DNA of 64,000 nucleotides from Vicugna vicugna. Lineage: Eukaryota. Below the pieces are notes generated by a model. That model worked only from the letters and a program-made list of their open reading frames with translations. It was not told the origin of the DNA and made no database searches. Both the position numbers and the translations under genes were made by a program. The DNA is taken from contig MU058423.1 of the NCBI GenBank assembly GCA_013265495.1, positions 75,061 to 139,060 of the forward strand, read 5' to 3'. Shown here piece by piece: positions 1 through 13,700 of the stretch (position 1 is its first letter; every line of letters begins with the position of its first letter).

Positions 1-381
1 TCTCCTCTGTTTCTGCTCAAGAAAATTTACCGATGCCTTCTGGGAAGCCCTCTCCTTTGGTCTGAACTAGAACCTCATCCTTATGGCTGAGAAAGTTCCT
101 GCCCCCTTGGGTGGTGAACTTAACCTCCTGAGATTTCAAGACTGGGACCAGGACTCACAGCTGAAAGTCAACTACCTCAAAACAAGTTTGGAGTCAGATG
201 TTTCTGCCTACCCTGTGAAAAATGAAGTGGTCCCTTGAGCCCAACCATACCCTAAATTATATGATGTATAAAATTGTTTTACTATTTTGAAATTCTTTTC
301 AAACTTGGAGAGAATAATCAGCAGCAATCTATCTGCCAATCATATGTAATAAATGTATTATTTTGCCGAAAAAAAAAAAAA
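1..381 (+). pseudogene. 3' end of a probable processed retrocopy or polyadenylated insert of unknown parent (runs off the window edge)
   Basis: Non-repeat-like sequence with a frame-2 reading frame ending TGA at 236-238 (one internal TAG at 68-70), AATAAA at 348-353 and A13 at 369-381. It is followed directly by antisense L1 ORF2 sequence. Confidence 0.4.
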
Positions 382-1860
382 GATTTACCCATTTTTACCC
401 ATGCTTTCTTCTGAAAGTTTCATAGTTTAGCTCTTACTTTGGTTGTTGGTTAATCCATTTTGAGTTAATTTCTGTATATGGCATAAGGTAGCGGTGCAAC
501 TTCATTCTTTGGCATATGGATATTCAGTTGTCCCAACATCATTTGTTGAAGAAACTTCTCTTTTCCCATTGAATGGTCTTGGCATTCTTTTGGAAAATCA
601 ATTGGCCCTAGATTTATGAGTTTATTTCTGAACTTTCAATTCTATTCTCTTGGTCTATATACCTATCCTTATGCCAGTACACCATTGTTTTGATCATTGC
701 AACTTTGTAATAAGTTTTGTAACAAGGAAGTGTGAGTCCTCCAACATTGTTCTATTTTAATACTTTTTTGAGTATTCAGAGTCCTGTGCAATTCCATATG
801 AATTTCCACTTTTGCACAAAGTGCTGTTCGAATTTTAATAGTGATTGCTTTGAATCTGTAGATCAAGCCGGGTAGCACTGCCATTTTAACAAGTATTCCA
901 ATCCATGAACATGAAGTCTTTACATTCATTTAGGTCTTCTTCAGTTTCTTTCAGCAAACATTTTCTAGTTTTCAGTGTGTAAGTCTTTCACTTTTATGTA
1001 GTAAGGAATTTGGCCTCATCTAAAGAGAGGTCAGGCCTTTGCCCTAGCTCCTGGGAGGTGATCTCTACACCCTTGCAATTTCCCAAGTGATAGGAAGGGT
1101 CATGATGGGTCCCTAAGACCAACTCTGAGAGTTTATCCTAATAAGGTGTCTCAGGGTGAGCCGCTTCATAGTTTGTTAATGAAATGACTCAGGATAGGGC
1201 TGGCAATGTCCAAAAAGGCCAACAATGTGATTGAAGAGGTAGGGCTTTGTGTGACGTGATAACAGCCCAACTTGGGGAGGGGGTGGAGCTGGAGAGTTTA
1301 ATTCGGTCACACAGGCTATGACTCATGCTAAGTAAGGAAGCTTCATAAAACACTGGATAACCAGGGCTTGAGTGAGCATTCCCAGTTCGCAATACTCTTT
1401 AAGCACTGTCACACATCCCCGCTGAGAGGAGGGAACAGCACTCAGGACTCCGCCTGGAAGGGTCAAGCAGAACTCCACGTCTGGGCTGCTCTCAGATACC
1501 ACCCTCTGCTACTCGTCCCGGGCCTGACTCCAGTGTATCCTTTTTTCTGTAATAAATATGACTGGATATAATAGTTTTCAGTGCATTCTATGAGTCTTTC
1601 TAGCAAATTATTGAGCCTGAGGGTGGTTGTGAGAACACCTAAATTTGTGGCCAGACTGTCTTAAGTCAGGGTGTCCCTGGAGACCCTCAATCCTGCAGCT
1701 GGTATCTGAAGTAAAGACAGTTTTGTGGGAAGTGTTTCTTCGGACAGTACAGCTGCCTAAACTCTTTGCAACCTCTTAGCTAAATCTATCCCTAGGTATT
1801 TTATTCTTTTGGACGTTGTTGTAAACGGAATTGTTTCCCTAATTTCTTTTTCTATTTACT
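382..1860 (-). mobile_element. Old LINE-1 (L1M) ORF2 fragment, split by an LTR at 995-1770
   Basis: ORF 669..929(-) gives L1 ORF2-like CSWIG..IYRFKAITIKI. L1-like sequence resumes after 1770. Confidence 0.85.
995..1770 (+). mobile_element. Solo LTR, MER21/MER77-like ERVL group
   Basis: Starts TATGTAGTAAGG...AAAGAGAGGTCAGGCCTTTGCCC, has AATAAA near 1551, ends ...AAACTCTTTGCA. Degenerate 5-bp flanks acttt/acctc. Similar to 21290-21925. Confidence 0.7.
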
Positions 1861-3289
1861 TGTTTTTAACAAATACTTATTCAGCACTTGCTATACGCTA
1901 GGCTCTGTTCCATGTGCTTCACAAACACTAATTTTATCCCCCAGCAAACCTCACTAGGTACTTTGTTGGAAACTGAGCAGTCTGGCTCCTGAGTCCATAT
2001 TCTGAACCCACCATACTGCTGCTTTGGGAGCCTTCTTTGAGAAATTTCCCAGGAATCATTTATCTGCCTTTTCACATTGCCATTCCCTAGTACAGGCCCT
2101 TTTAAATTCACACCTGAGTGAGTCTCCCACAGTCTCCCTAAGTCAACTATCTACCACCTACCCTGAATTCTGCTGTCACTCTAATAATCCCAAAGCACTG
2201 CTGTTCTAAGTCCTGGCCACCCCAGTGACCTGAAATGTCTTCATTTTCTGCATTTACAAAGGTAAAAAACAATTACTGCCCATAAGCAGTACTTGGCCAT
2301 GGATTCTGCAATGTCTTCTACTAACACGTTGCTGTGAGACAGAGGCAGAGTGGGCAAGAGGAAAGCACAAGGGCGCTCTCAAGACCTGATCCCAAAACCC
2401 CACTCCTCCTCAATCTCAGGTTATTCATTTTGCAAAACAGAAACTGTAAGGCCTACTCTTAGAGCTGTTGTAAGAAGTAAGTAAGTGAACGTGTGTGTGT
2501 GTCGGCTCTGTCATGCAATGGCTAGCACACTGGGCCTCTGAGTGAGTGTGCAGGTGGAGTGGTAGGACAGGTCCTGGCCTGAGAAAATGCTCAAGAAATG
2601 TGGGTTGATTTGGATCTCAGTCGCCTCAAAGATCTTCTAAGTTCTTTGAAGGCAAAGGCCTTGACATACTTTTTTGGTATTTCTAAAGTCGAGATTATTT
2701 TAATCACTTTAGCAGATACACTATGGTATCTGGACTTGCTCAAGAACCATGGCTTTTATAACAAAATCAGGCTCTGAAGTCTAACTTCAAATGTTGGCCA
2801 CTAAAAGGTCAGCGACCTCTGTGAAGTTAATCTCTCTGAGCCTCAGGCCCTTTATTTATTACTAAAAAAAAAAAACTATTAAGTACCTACTACACAGGAT
2901 CTTGAAGATTCAGGAGAAGTGCTTAACATATAATCAACACCCACTCCCCCAAATTGCCAGTTATAATTACATCCTGTCCCAAACATTCAGCGTCCACAAA
3001 AATTTGGCCTCTCTGCATCTTCATTTCTTCATGTTTCTGACACACACATACCCTCCCCCTTTGGCCCAATCTTGCCACCCTCTGACCTGCTCTTTTCTCC
3101 CGATTTCTGTGTACCATTCCTAAAAGACTATCAAAATCCTCCTAAATGAGGTCGGTCCTATTACTGCTGCCATTTTAGAGAACAAGAAACAGGCGCTGAG
3201 GGTTTGCGTGACTTCCCCCAGGTCACTGAACTTAAGCGGCGAGGCCACAGCCCTCTCTCTACACCGCTGACCTTCCTGGGTTCGAGGTG

Positions 3290-4060
3290 CACCTGTGACC
3301 ATTCAAGACCCGCCCAGCCCCCCACGTCCAGTCACGTTCCGGGTCTCCGCGCGCCCATCGCCCCCCACACCTGACTCAGGCCCCTGGCGGGCACGCCCCG
3401 TCCGTCCTTGGCGGCTTCTCCCTTTTCTCCGCCAGAGACTGAGGATGAGGACGAGGCTCGGCGTCCCGCAAGTGTGTAGGGCACCACGAGGTTTTGGGGG
3501 AACCCCTGGCCTGGCCGGGCCAGGAGCCGACGCCGGCGGCCGCGCGGCAACCACCCCGGTGTTAGCGCGGACGTTGTCGGAGGAGACGGGGGCGACGGCG
3601 GGGAGGGCCGACTCCGCCCCCTGCGCGCACGCTCCGCCTTCGCCGGGTATAAGGCAGCGGCGCCCACCTGTCGGAACAGTGTCCGGCGACTCCCACGGCG
3701 AGCGGGGCGCGTGGTGCCGAGGGGAGCTCCGCCCCGCCCCGCCCCGTCACGTCACGCTCACGCGGCGCCGCGAGCCGCGCGCAACGGTTAGTTGGTAACA
3801 GCTGGCTGCGCGCTCGGCGCCGACCCCGCGGTTCCCTGGCCGGTCGGGCGGGGTCGGAGGGAGACGGGAGCCGAGCTTGGTCTCCGGGGGATGGGGGTCG
3901 GCCCGGCGCGGGCATTGTGGCCACGGTAGCGGCCTTGCCGGGAGTGGCTGGTGAAACAGGTGTGGGCAGGTGTCCCAGTCACCCGCTCGGGGAGAGGCGC
4001 GAGGTCGTGGCAACCTGGGGGAAATCGCTTCATCCCCGCGGGGGATGCTTGCCCGCTGTA
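3290..4060 (+). promoter_or_regulatory. CpG island promoter of the SLC16A1-like gene
   Basis: Very GC/CpG-rich. GC boxes (~3614, 3729-3745), TGCGCGCA (3622-3629), TATAAG (3648-3653), CRE-like TCACGTCA (3747-3754). Confidence 0.85.
3680..3786 (+). other. SLC16A1: Non-coding exon 1 of the SLC16A1-like gene (start approximate)
   Basis: Ends ...CACGTCACGCTCACGCGGCGCCGCGAGCCGCGCGCAACG|GTTAGT, resembling the recalled end of human SLC16A1 exon 1. Donor GT at 3787. TSS inferred ~30 nt after TATAAG. Confidence 0.65.
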
Positions 4061-4807
4061 GGAGTAATGACTTGGGCTGTAAAATCAAGTAGGTTTGATT
4101 CACCTCAGCCTCAGGATCTCTTGGCCAGGTTGTGCCTCAGCGGGGGAAGGGGAGTGATTTGGGGCAGGAGGTTTTGTTTCAGGCTTTGTAACCTGCCACC
4201 TGTAACCTTCTAATCTTTAAACTCTGTGTTTTAATCTTACCTGTGATTCATCCTAACTGAATTCTCCCTCATTCTTGAGTCTCCGTAACTTTGCTGTGCC
4301 CATAGAAATTCCCCTTTCTCCTCAAATCCTACCATCCCTGTTCTCCGTTGTATTTTATGTATTATGTGAATCTTTAGGTTTATTATTTTTGCTTATTTTC
4401 TCTCTATTGTAAGTTTCTAAGGTAATAGCTGTCTTTGTAGTTCCCCTAACGCGTAGTTAAATGGAATAGTGTGTCTTGAGCAACTTTTTGGGTAATGATC
4501 CATGGAATACTCTTTTCTTCTGGATCCAGTAACATCAGTTACATTGCTTAAATTAGCCCCAGACCTTGTCTTCAGTAACTCTAAGATGCAGGCCTTTGTC
4601 ATCCCAATTGCCAGTGACCCCCTTAGGGGTTGATGACTCAGGTTTGGAATTCCGGATCTGCAAATTAGAAATGCACATGTTTACCTCCCTCTGTTGTGAT
4701 TGCACCTTGCTGATGTTTCTGGTTTGTCATTTAGAAAACAGCCCGGCAGAGGAGCAGATTAGCAATTTACTGCCTTTTTTTTTTCAAGAAAGTGAAATAG
4801 ATTGTTG

Positions 4808-5516
4808 GGGTTTTTTTTTTTTAATATTTTTTTTTTTTTTTTAATAATTTTTTTTTTTTTTTTTTTTNNNNNNNNNNNNNNNNNNNNNNNNNNNNNNNNN
4901 NNNNNNNNNNNNNNNNNNNNNNNNNNNNNNNNNNNNNNNNNNNNNNNNNNNNNNNNNNNNNNNNNNNNNNNNNNNNNNNNNNNNNNNNNNNNNNNNNNNN
5001 NNNNNNNNNNNNNNNNNNNNNNNNNNNNNNNNNNNNNNNNNNNNNNNNNNNNNNNNNNNNNNNNNNNNNNNNNNNNNNNNNNNNNNNNNNNNNNNNNNNT
5101 GTTGCTGCAAATGGCATTATGTTGTCGGTTTTTATGGCTGAATAGAATTCCATTGTATAAATATACCACATCTTCTTTATCCAGTCATCTGTTGATGGAC
5201 ATCTAGGCTGTTTCCATGTTTTGGCTATTGTAAATAGTGCTGCTATGAACATTGGGGTGCAGGTGTCATCCTGAAGTAGAGTTCCTTCTGGATACAAGCC
5301 CAGGAGTGGGATTCCTGGGTCATATGGTAAGTCTATTCCTAGTCTTTTGAGGAATCTCCACACTGTTTTCCATAGTGGCTGCACCAAACTGCATTCCCAC
5401 CAGCAGTGTAGGAGGGTTCCCCTTTCTCCACAGCCTCTCCAGCATTTGTCATTTGTGGATTTTTGAATGACGGCCATTCTGACTGGTGTGAGGTGATACC
5501 TCATTGTAGTTTTGAT
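4808..5516 (-). mobile_element. Young 5'-truncated LINE-1 with TSD (contains assembly gap 4868-5099)
   Basis: Encodes the ORF2 C-terminus including CCHC (CWRGC..HCWWEC). Poly-T at left. 15-bp TSD TGAAATAGATTGTTG at 4793-4807 and 5517-5531. Confidence 0.92.
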
Positions 5517-6376
5517 TGAAATAGATTGTTGAAATTACTGTAAGTGTATTATTATAAAGTGATTTTTATTTTCACTGACAGTATATCAGCTTGTATTGTC
5601 AGCATTTAAAGACTCAAGTTTTACATATAATTGTATTTTAAGGTAACAGTATTTCAGTTTTGATACTTATTTAGTGTCCAGAAATATCCTTTAAAACAAC
5701 TTTGCAAATAACCATTTATCTGTGCTTACTGTAAGCAATGCTTATGTTAGACAATGCTCAATTTATTAGTCTTTTGTGGATTATCAGGTACTGTACAAAA
5801 ACAAGACTTTGTTACTTCTTTGCAGAAATGGGCTCAGATGTAGCAGTAATAATCATGTCCAGACTCAATCAGTCATGGATGTTAAACAATTACGTATACA
5901 GGGAATTTAACTGTCTTGAGTTTGGGATGAAAAGTTTAAGAATGATGAGTAAAACTGAGGTAAAATTTTAGTCTTTAGTCATCAAAACCTATGAGATACT
6001 TTTACATAAAACCAACTACAAACTATGAAACTATTAAATATTATGAAGCTAATTATAGTGTTAAATATTTCAGTGAGTAGTTCAGTTCATACTTCTTATT
6101 TCAAAAAAAGGAAAAACAACTTTCTCTGCTGTCTTTCTCTTTGTGACTGTTTTCCCAACTTGGCCTTAAAGAACTAGGTGTGAAGTGGGTAAGAAGCAGT
6201 GGTATACTATCATTTCTGTTCAAAAGGAGTAATGTGGACGACCATAACCCTAACTCCATACTTGTTTGTTATTTTAAAGTAGCCAGTACATTTCTTCTTC
6301 AAACCCTGGGACAAAATTAGTGATATATTAATAAATAAACATAATATATTTAGGTTTTGACTTGAAGGGTCTCTGG

Positions 6377-7060
6377 TTTTTTTAATTGAAGTATAGTTGA
6401 TCTACCATGTTGTGTTAGTTTCTGGTGTTCAGCAAAATGATTCAGTTATAACATATCCATATATTTTTCTCATTTTCTTTTCCATTATGGTTTATTACAG
6501 GATATTGAATATAGTTCCCTTACTATACTGTAGGATCTTGTTATTTATCTATTCTATATATATAGTAGTTTGCATCTGCTAATCCCAAAGTCCTAATTTA
6601 TCCCTCCCCCACTCCCTTTCCCCTTTAACAAAGTTTGTTTTTTATATATGTAAGTCTTTTTCTGTTTTGTAAATAAGTTCCTTTATATCATATTTTAGAT
6701 TGCACATATAAATGATATCACATGGTATTTGTCTTTCTCTTTCTGCTTTACTTCACTTAATATGATAATCTCTAGGTTCATCCATATTGCTGCAAATGTC
6801 ATTATTTCATCCTTTTTATGGCTGAATAGTATTCCATTGTGTATATATACTCCATCTTCTTTATCCAGTGATCTGTCAATGGACATTTAGGTTGCTTCCA
6901 TGTCTTGGCTATTGTAAATAGTGCTGCTGTGAACATTGGAGTGCATGTATCTTTTCAAATTAGAGTTTTGTACAGATATATGTCCAGGAGTGAGATTGCT
7001 GGATCATATAGTAACTCTATTTTTAGTTTCTAAAGGAAACTCCATACTGTTTTTCCAAAA
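6377..7060 (-). mobile_element. LINE-1 3' fragment (older subfamily)
   Basis: ORF 6695..6886(-) is a degenerate ORF2 C-terminus, followed by a typical L1 3'UTR. Confidence 0.85.
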
Positions 7061-7567
7061 TGTACATTCTTGGAAGGCCTACTTTGCATTGCTGCAATAA
7101 ATATTCATAGATTATAATCTAGATTATAATCTGGAATTCTACTAAGCAAAACTCTCCTGTAGAGTGTAAAGGACTTCAAAGGACATGGTCTCTACCTTCC
7201 CTTTCTTCACTTTTACTTCAGATTTTTATGTCCTTTTTAAAATGAGAAGAAAATGAGTCTGTATTTAGATATCATGCCAAAATAAGAAATTTCAAATAAC
7301 AAAGACAGAAATTTGTTTATTTGGCAGAATTGTGTTGAGACCCTGTTTGGGTTTTGAGATTTTTTTAATCCATAATTTTTCTTTTTAATGAATGTATTTT
7401 ATTCACTTTATTTTTCTTTCTGAATCTTTTTCTTCCTGTAGATACTTGCAGTTTTAAACTTAATTTTGACACTGTGGAAGAAGGTTTTTAATACAAGACT
7501 GTTATTAAGACTGATGAGACAGTTCTTGGCAACCAAAAGTTGGGACCTTTAAAAAACAAATTGTGAG

Positions 7568-7705
7568 CAGGGGAGAGTATAGCTCAAGTGGTAAGTGCAT
7601 GCTTAGCGTGCACAAGGTCCTAGGTTCAATCCCCAGTACCTCCCCTAAAAATAAATAAATGTAATTACCTGCCCCCTGCCAAAAAATAAAAACAAGAACA
7701 AACAG
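7568..7705 (+). mobile_element. tRNA-derived SINE, camelid Vic-1-like
   Basis: A box TAGCTCAAGTGG, B box GGTTCAATCCC, A-rich tail. TSD AAAAACAAATTGT at 7552-7564 and 7706-7718. Confidence 0.85.
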
Positions 7706-8494
7706 AAAAACAAATTGTAAGATATCATAGCTGGCAACTAATGTCAAAATTTAATCACATTCAACAAGGATTGTATTACCTTTTCCAGTTAAACTTTACT
7801 GTATCAAACAGCTCTACTGTGATCGAGTATGTATGTAAATTTAAACATAAGTATTCTGAGATTAATTAACCTTTAATGTTTTTGGCTCTTAATTCAGAGA
7901 AGAACTTGTAAAATTCATGCCCTGGAGCATTTCTATTTAATCTCAGAACCCAGATTGCTTCCTTTGAACCGAGATGTTACAGCTTCTATAATCAAGTGGA
8001 AATTTTAGAAATCTTTAACTTGTAGATATTTTTATTATCCTACCTTCAGCATAGGTAGGTGAAATGCTCTGAGACAGGTTATCTTCATTTTCAAATGGTG
8101 GTATAGTTTTATGGAATTACTTTGCAAAACCTCAGTTTCATAAGTACCCTGAATTTACAATGATCTCTCCTGAGATGAGAATGGATGCCTCAGGACTTCT
8201 TTAACCAACTCATTGTACATAATACCCTTCTTTACAAAAGAAAGGCTACCTCACTTATCCCCATTCTTACTCTGGTGTAACAATATTCCAGGCTATAAAA
8301 ATCTTTTGGGAACAGTCTAAACAAAGGGAAAAATCGAGAATGCATAGCCCCAGAGAGAGAAATTTTGAAGGAGGCAGGACCATTTTTCATTCAGAGGACA
8401 AATTTCTGCCTTCTCTGATTTGTCTTCTATTCATCCTAGAATGTGAAAGAGAATAGATTGTAACAGGCTGTTTTTCAACTCACTACTTTGAATT

Positions 8495-8940
8495 TGTAGG
8501 GAAGTAAAACTTTTCCCTTCTAGGCTCCGTGGCTGGTCTAATAATTAAATCGACACAAGACAGATTTACAGCAGAAAAACTAATTTCATACATAAGCAAG
8601 CCCATAAAGATATGAGGAGTGACCAAAGCAGGCAGCTTCTATACTTTTTAGACAAGGGAACAATAAATTTGTGAAGAATTGACAGCATTTGGGCTTAGGG
8701 CGGCAGATTAGTGAAGAACTAACAGGGTTTGTTTATACAGCCTTCTCAGCCCTAAATTCCTTATCTCTGACAATAAGGATGCCTTCTGCCCTCCTGGTAC
8801 AGAGAGAGTACCTTTCAAATGGGCTATCAGAGGGACAAGGGAAATCATTGCACTGGCTTTTTCTTAAGTAACTTTAATTCAAAATAAATGCCAAATGGTA
8901 TATTTGGGGGTGGCATATTTGAAGGGTGGCTCCCCTTCAA
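8495..8940 (-). mobile_element. Probable ERV1-type solo LTR
   Basis: Begins TGTAGGGAAG and has the composition of an antisense ERV1 LTR (ends ...TATATTTGGGGGTGGCATATTT, the reverse of an AAATATGCCACCCCCAAA start). Family not assigned. Confidence 0.5.
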
Positions 8941-10725
8941 AGTCAAATGAGGTCACACCTTTTCTGATAAGACAAGCCAGTTATGTTATATAGTGGCCAT
9001 TTTCCATAAGCTGAATGAGCTGAAGTGCCAAGGTTTTGACAATGATATATTTAAAGCACATATAACACAATGTACAATATGCCAGAAATTACATATTTGC
9101 AACTATTAAACTTACCCATTTAGTAGTGTTTAAGGGGGTCCGCAGTTTCCAAAGATCTTCTGGGGCAAAACAGTTAAAGACCACAGATTCCAGAGTGACT
9201 TGTACATACACCTAGTTCCCTTCCAAGTAAATCTAAGAGTTTAACAGAAGATAGAATGGTATAATTTGGACTTTATATCAGCCAAGAATTTTGCTTGATT
9301 TTTTTTTCTACCCCATACCAAATGTGACTATGATAAATACCTACAGTTGTGAAAGAATTAGTTTGGTAGTTCTGTCTAAAAAGACCCCAGGCAAAGGACA
9401 TTATGGGACATGACACTATTCCCTAGAGCAAAAACAGGAACCAAACTAGGGACCAAGTTCCTGCATCAGAACCAACCAGCGCCAACAGAGACCTTTACCA
9501 GGAAGAATCATGCTTTGGGAGGTGAGGGCCCAGTGGCGATGGGGAAACTTTGAAATGGCTCCTACACCAATCATATCTCTTCTACAGAGGAAATGTACAG
9601 TATGTTCTATATTCACTCAAGGATTTTCACTTATCCTGGTTTGTTTCCATCAATGAATGGAAATTATTTCAAATAGCAGTTATCCGAGTGATGGGAGAGC
9701 CAGAACTGGGCTCAAGGAACAGAAATGTACAAAAGGACAGCACTTTGAACTTCAAGTACCCCATTAAGGCTGCAGCATAGTGTACAATGGAAATCAGGAA
9801 GGGGTGAAGCTGAAGAAGCAAACAAGGGTGAGATTAGAATCGGTTTTGAATGTTAAGAAATTATTTTGAGGGTTGTATATCTGGAGCTATAGAGTTTTAA
9901 GAAAAAGAGCAAAATGACCAGGTGTTATTTTCAAAAGATCATTTGTGCTGCAGTGTGAGAAATGAAAAGGGAAGACCCAAAGGTGGAAGGTAGGGAAACC
10001 AATTAGGAGGCTACTGCATTAACCCAAATGGGAGATGGTGACCTGATCTAAGAATAGTGGCTGTGAGGGTGGAGAGGAAGACAAATTCAGAGCTATTCAT
10101 ATTGGTTAGTTACGGAGTATGAGGGCAAAGGAGAGAATGACCCGCAGATTCTGGACTGGCTAGTGATTTGACCTGGAAATATGCAACTGAGTCATCACAT
10201 CGATGATAAGGAAGCCACCAGAGCAGATGAGCTCTGAGTCCACAGCGTGTTAATTTAGGGCAGACTGTATGTAGTACCTGTTTAAGGAACCATTTCCCCT
10301 TCTGGCTAGATCGCCCTCCTCTTTTAGTTGTTCATCAAATATTTGTTGAATATCTATTATTAGACTCCAAAGTGCTAGAAATATATCATTGTAAAGAGTT
10401 CCCATTTTCTTTTTTTAACATTTTTTATTGATTTATAATCATTTTACAATGTTGTGTCAAATTCCAGTGTTCAGCACAATTTTTCAGTCATTCATGGGCA
10501 TATACACACTGTCACATTTTTTTCTCTGTGAGTTATCATAACATTTTGTGTATATTTCCCTGTGCTATACAGTGTAATCTTGTTTATCTATTCTACAATT
10601 TTAAAATCCCAGTCTATCCCTTCCCACCCTCCACCCCCCTGGTAACCACAAGTCTGTATTCTCTGTCTATGAGTCTATTTCTGTCCTGTATTTATGCTTT
10701 GTTTTTGTTTGTTTGTTTTTGTTTT

Positions 10726-13700
10726 TTAGATTCCACCACATATGAGCGATCTCATATGGTATTTTTCTTTCTCTTTCTGGCTTACTTCACTTAGAATGAC
10801 ATTCTCCAGGAGCATCCATGTTGCTGCAAATGGCATTATGTTGTCGGTTTTTATGGCTGAGTAGTATTCCATTGTATAAATATACCACATCTTCTTTATC
10901 CAGTCACCTGTTGATGGACATTTAGGCTGTTTCCATGTTTTGGCTATTGTAAATAGTGCTGCTATGAACATTGGGGTGCAGGTGTCATCCTGAAGTAGAT
11001 TTCCTTCTGGGTACAAGCCCAGGAGTGGGATTCCTGGGTCATATGGTAAGTCTATTCCTAGTCTTTTGAGGAATCTCCACACTGTTTTCCATAGTGGCTG
11101 CACCAAACTGCATTCCCACCAGCAGTGTAGGAGGGTTCCCCTTTCTCCACAGCCTCTCCAGCATTTGTCATTTTTGGATTTTTGAATGACGGCCATTCTG
11201 ACTGGTGTGAGGTGATACCTCATTGTAGTTTTGATTTGCATTTCTCTGATAATTAGTGATATTGAACATTTTTTCATGTGCTTTTTGATCATTTGTATGT
11301 CTTCCTTGGAGAATTGCTTGTTTAGGTCTTCTGCCCATTTTTGGATTGGGTTGTTTATTTTTTTCTTATTGAGTCGTATGAGCTGCTTATATATTTTGGA
11401 GATCAAGCCTTTGTCGGTTTCACTTGCAAAAATTTTCTCCCATTCCGTAGGTTTTCTTCTTGTTTTATTTCTGGTTTCCTTTGCTCTGCAGAAGCTTGTA
11501 AGTTTCATTAGGTCCCATTTGTTTATTCTTGCTTTTATTTCTTCTAGGAGAAAATTTTTGAAATGTATGTCAGATAATGTTTTGCCTATGTTTTCCTCTA
11601 GGAGGTTTATTGTATCTTGTCTTATGTTTAAGTCTTTAATCCATTTTGAGTTGATTTTTGTATATGGTGTAAGGGTGTGTTCTAGCTTCATTGTTTTACA
11701 TGCTGCTGTCCAGTTTTCCCAACACCATTTGCTGAAGAGACTGTCTTTATTCCATTGTATATTCTTGCCTCCTTTGTCGAAGATGAGTTGACCAAAAGTT
11801 TGTGGGTTCATTTCTGGGCTCTCTATTCTGTTCCATTGGTCTATATGTCTGTTTTGGTACCAATACCATGCTGTCTTGATGACTGTAGCTCTATAGTATT
11901 GTCTGAAGTCTGGGAGAGTTATTCCTCCAGCCTCTTTCTTTCTCTTCAGTAATGCTTTAGCAATTCTAGGTCTTTGATGGTTCCATATAAATTTTATTAT
12001 GATTTGTTCTAGTTCTGTGAAATATGTCCTGGGTAATTGGATAGGGATTGCATTAAATCTGTAGATTGCCTTGGGCAGTGTGACCATTTTAACAATATTG
12101 ATTCTTCCAATCCAAGAGCATGGAATATCTTTCCATTTTTTAAAGTCTTCTTTAATTTCCTTCATCAATGGTTTATAGTTTTCTGTGTATAATTCTTTCA
12201 CCTCCTTGGTTAGATTTATTCCCAGATATTTTATTACTTTGGGTGCTATTTTAAAGGGGATTGTTTCTTTACTTTCTTTTTCTGTTGATTTATCGTTAGT
12301 GTAAAGAAAGGCAACTGATTTTTGAACATTAATTTTGTAACCTGCTACCTTGCTGAATTCTTCGATCAGCTCTAGTAGCTTTTTTGTGGACCTTTTAGGG
12401 TTTTCTATATATAGTAACATGTCGTCAGCATATAATGACACTTTTACCTCTTCTTTTCCAATTTGGATCCCTTTTATTTCTTTCTCTTGCCTGATTGCTG
12501 TGGCTAGGACTTCCAGGACTATGTTGAATAGGAGTGGTGATAGTGGGCATCCTTGTCTTGTCCCAGATTTTAGTGGGAAGCTTTTGAGTTTTTCACCGTT
12601 GAGAACTATGCTGGCTGTAGGTTTGTCATATATAGCTTTTATTATGTTGAGATATGTTCCCTCTATACCCACTTTGGCGAGAGTTTTTATCATAAATGGG
12701 TGTTGAATTTTATCAAATGCTTTTTCTGCATCGATTGAGATGATCATGTGGTTTTTGTCCTTTCTCTTGTTGATGTGATGTATTACATTGATTGATTTGC
12801 GTATGTTGAACCAGCCTTGTGTCCCTGGGATGAACCCCACTTGGTCATGATGTATAATCTTTTTTATGTGTTGTTGGATTCTATTTGCTAAAATTTTGGT
12901 GAGGATTTTGGCGTCTATGTTCATCAGTGATATTGGCCTATAATTCTCTTTTTTTGTAGTGTCTTTGCCTGGTTTTGGTATCAGGGTGATGGTGGCTTCA
13001 TAGAATGAGTTTGGGAGTATTCCCTCCTTTTCAATCGTCTGGAAGAGTTTGAGAAGGACTGGTATGAGTTCTTCTTTGTATGTTTGGTAGAATTCCCCGG
13101 TGAAGCCATCCGGTCCTGGACTTTTATTTGTAGGGAGGTTTTTAATTGCTATTTCTATTTCCTTTCTAGTGATCGGATTGTTCAAGTGTTCAGTTTCTTC
13201 TTGATTCAGTTTTGGTGGACAGTATGTTTCCAGAAACTTGTCCATCTCCTCTAGGTTATCCAGTTTGGTTCCATATAGTTTTTCATAATATTCTCGTATG
13301 ATATTCTGTATTTCTATTTTGTTTGTTGTAATTTCTCCATTTTCCTTTCTTATTTTGCTAATTTGTGCTCTCTCTTTTTTCTTCTTTGTGAGTTTGGCCA
13401 GAGGTTTGTCGATTTTATTTACTTTTTCAAAAAACCAGCTTTTGGTTTGGTTGATTTTTTCTATGGTCTTGTTAATCTCTATTGTATTTAATTCCTCTCT
13501 GATCTTTATTATTTCCTTCCTTCTGCTGCTTTTTGGGGCTTTTTGTTCTTCTTTTTCTAATTGATTCAGGTGGTGGGTTAACTTGTTTATTTGAGATTGT
13601 TCTTCTTTTTTGAGGAAGGCCTGTATCGCTATAAACTTCCCTCTTAGCACTGCCTTTGCTGTGTCCCATAGGTTTTGAGTGGTTGTGCTTTCATTATCAT

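Noticed and set aside
3295..4213. Several 80-167 aa ORFs on both strands
   Set aside because: Expected by-product of the GC-rich CpG island. Low complexity and no recognisable domain.
4759..5206. ORFs spanning N runs (also 15741-16274)
   Set aside because: Artefacts of assembly gaps.
7570..7645. tRNA-like sequence with A and B boxes (also 45125-45197)
   Set aside because: It has an A-rich tail and a TSD, so it is a SINE rather than a tRNA gene.
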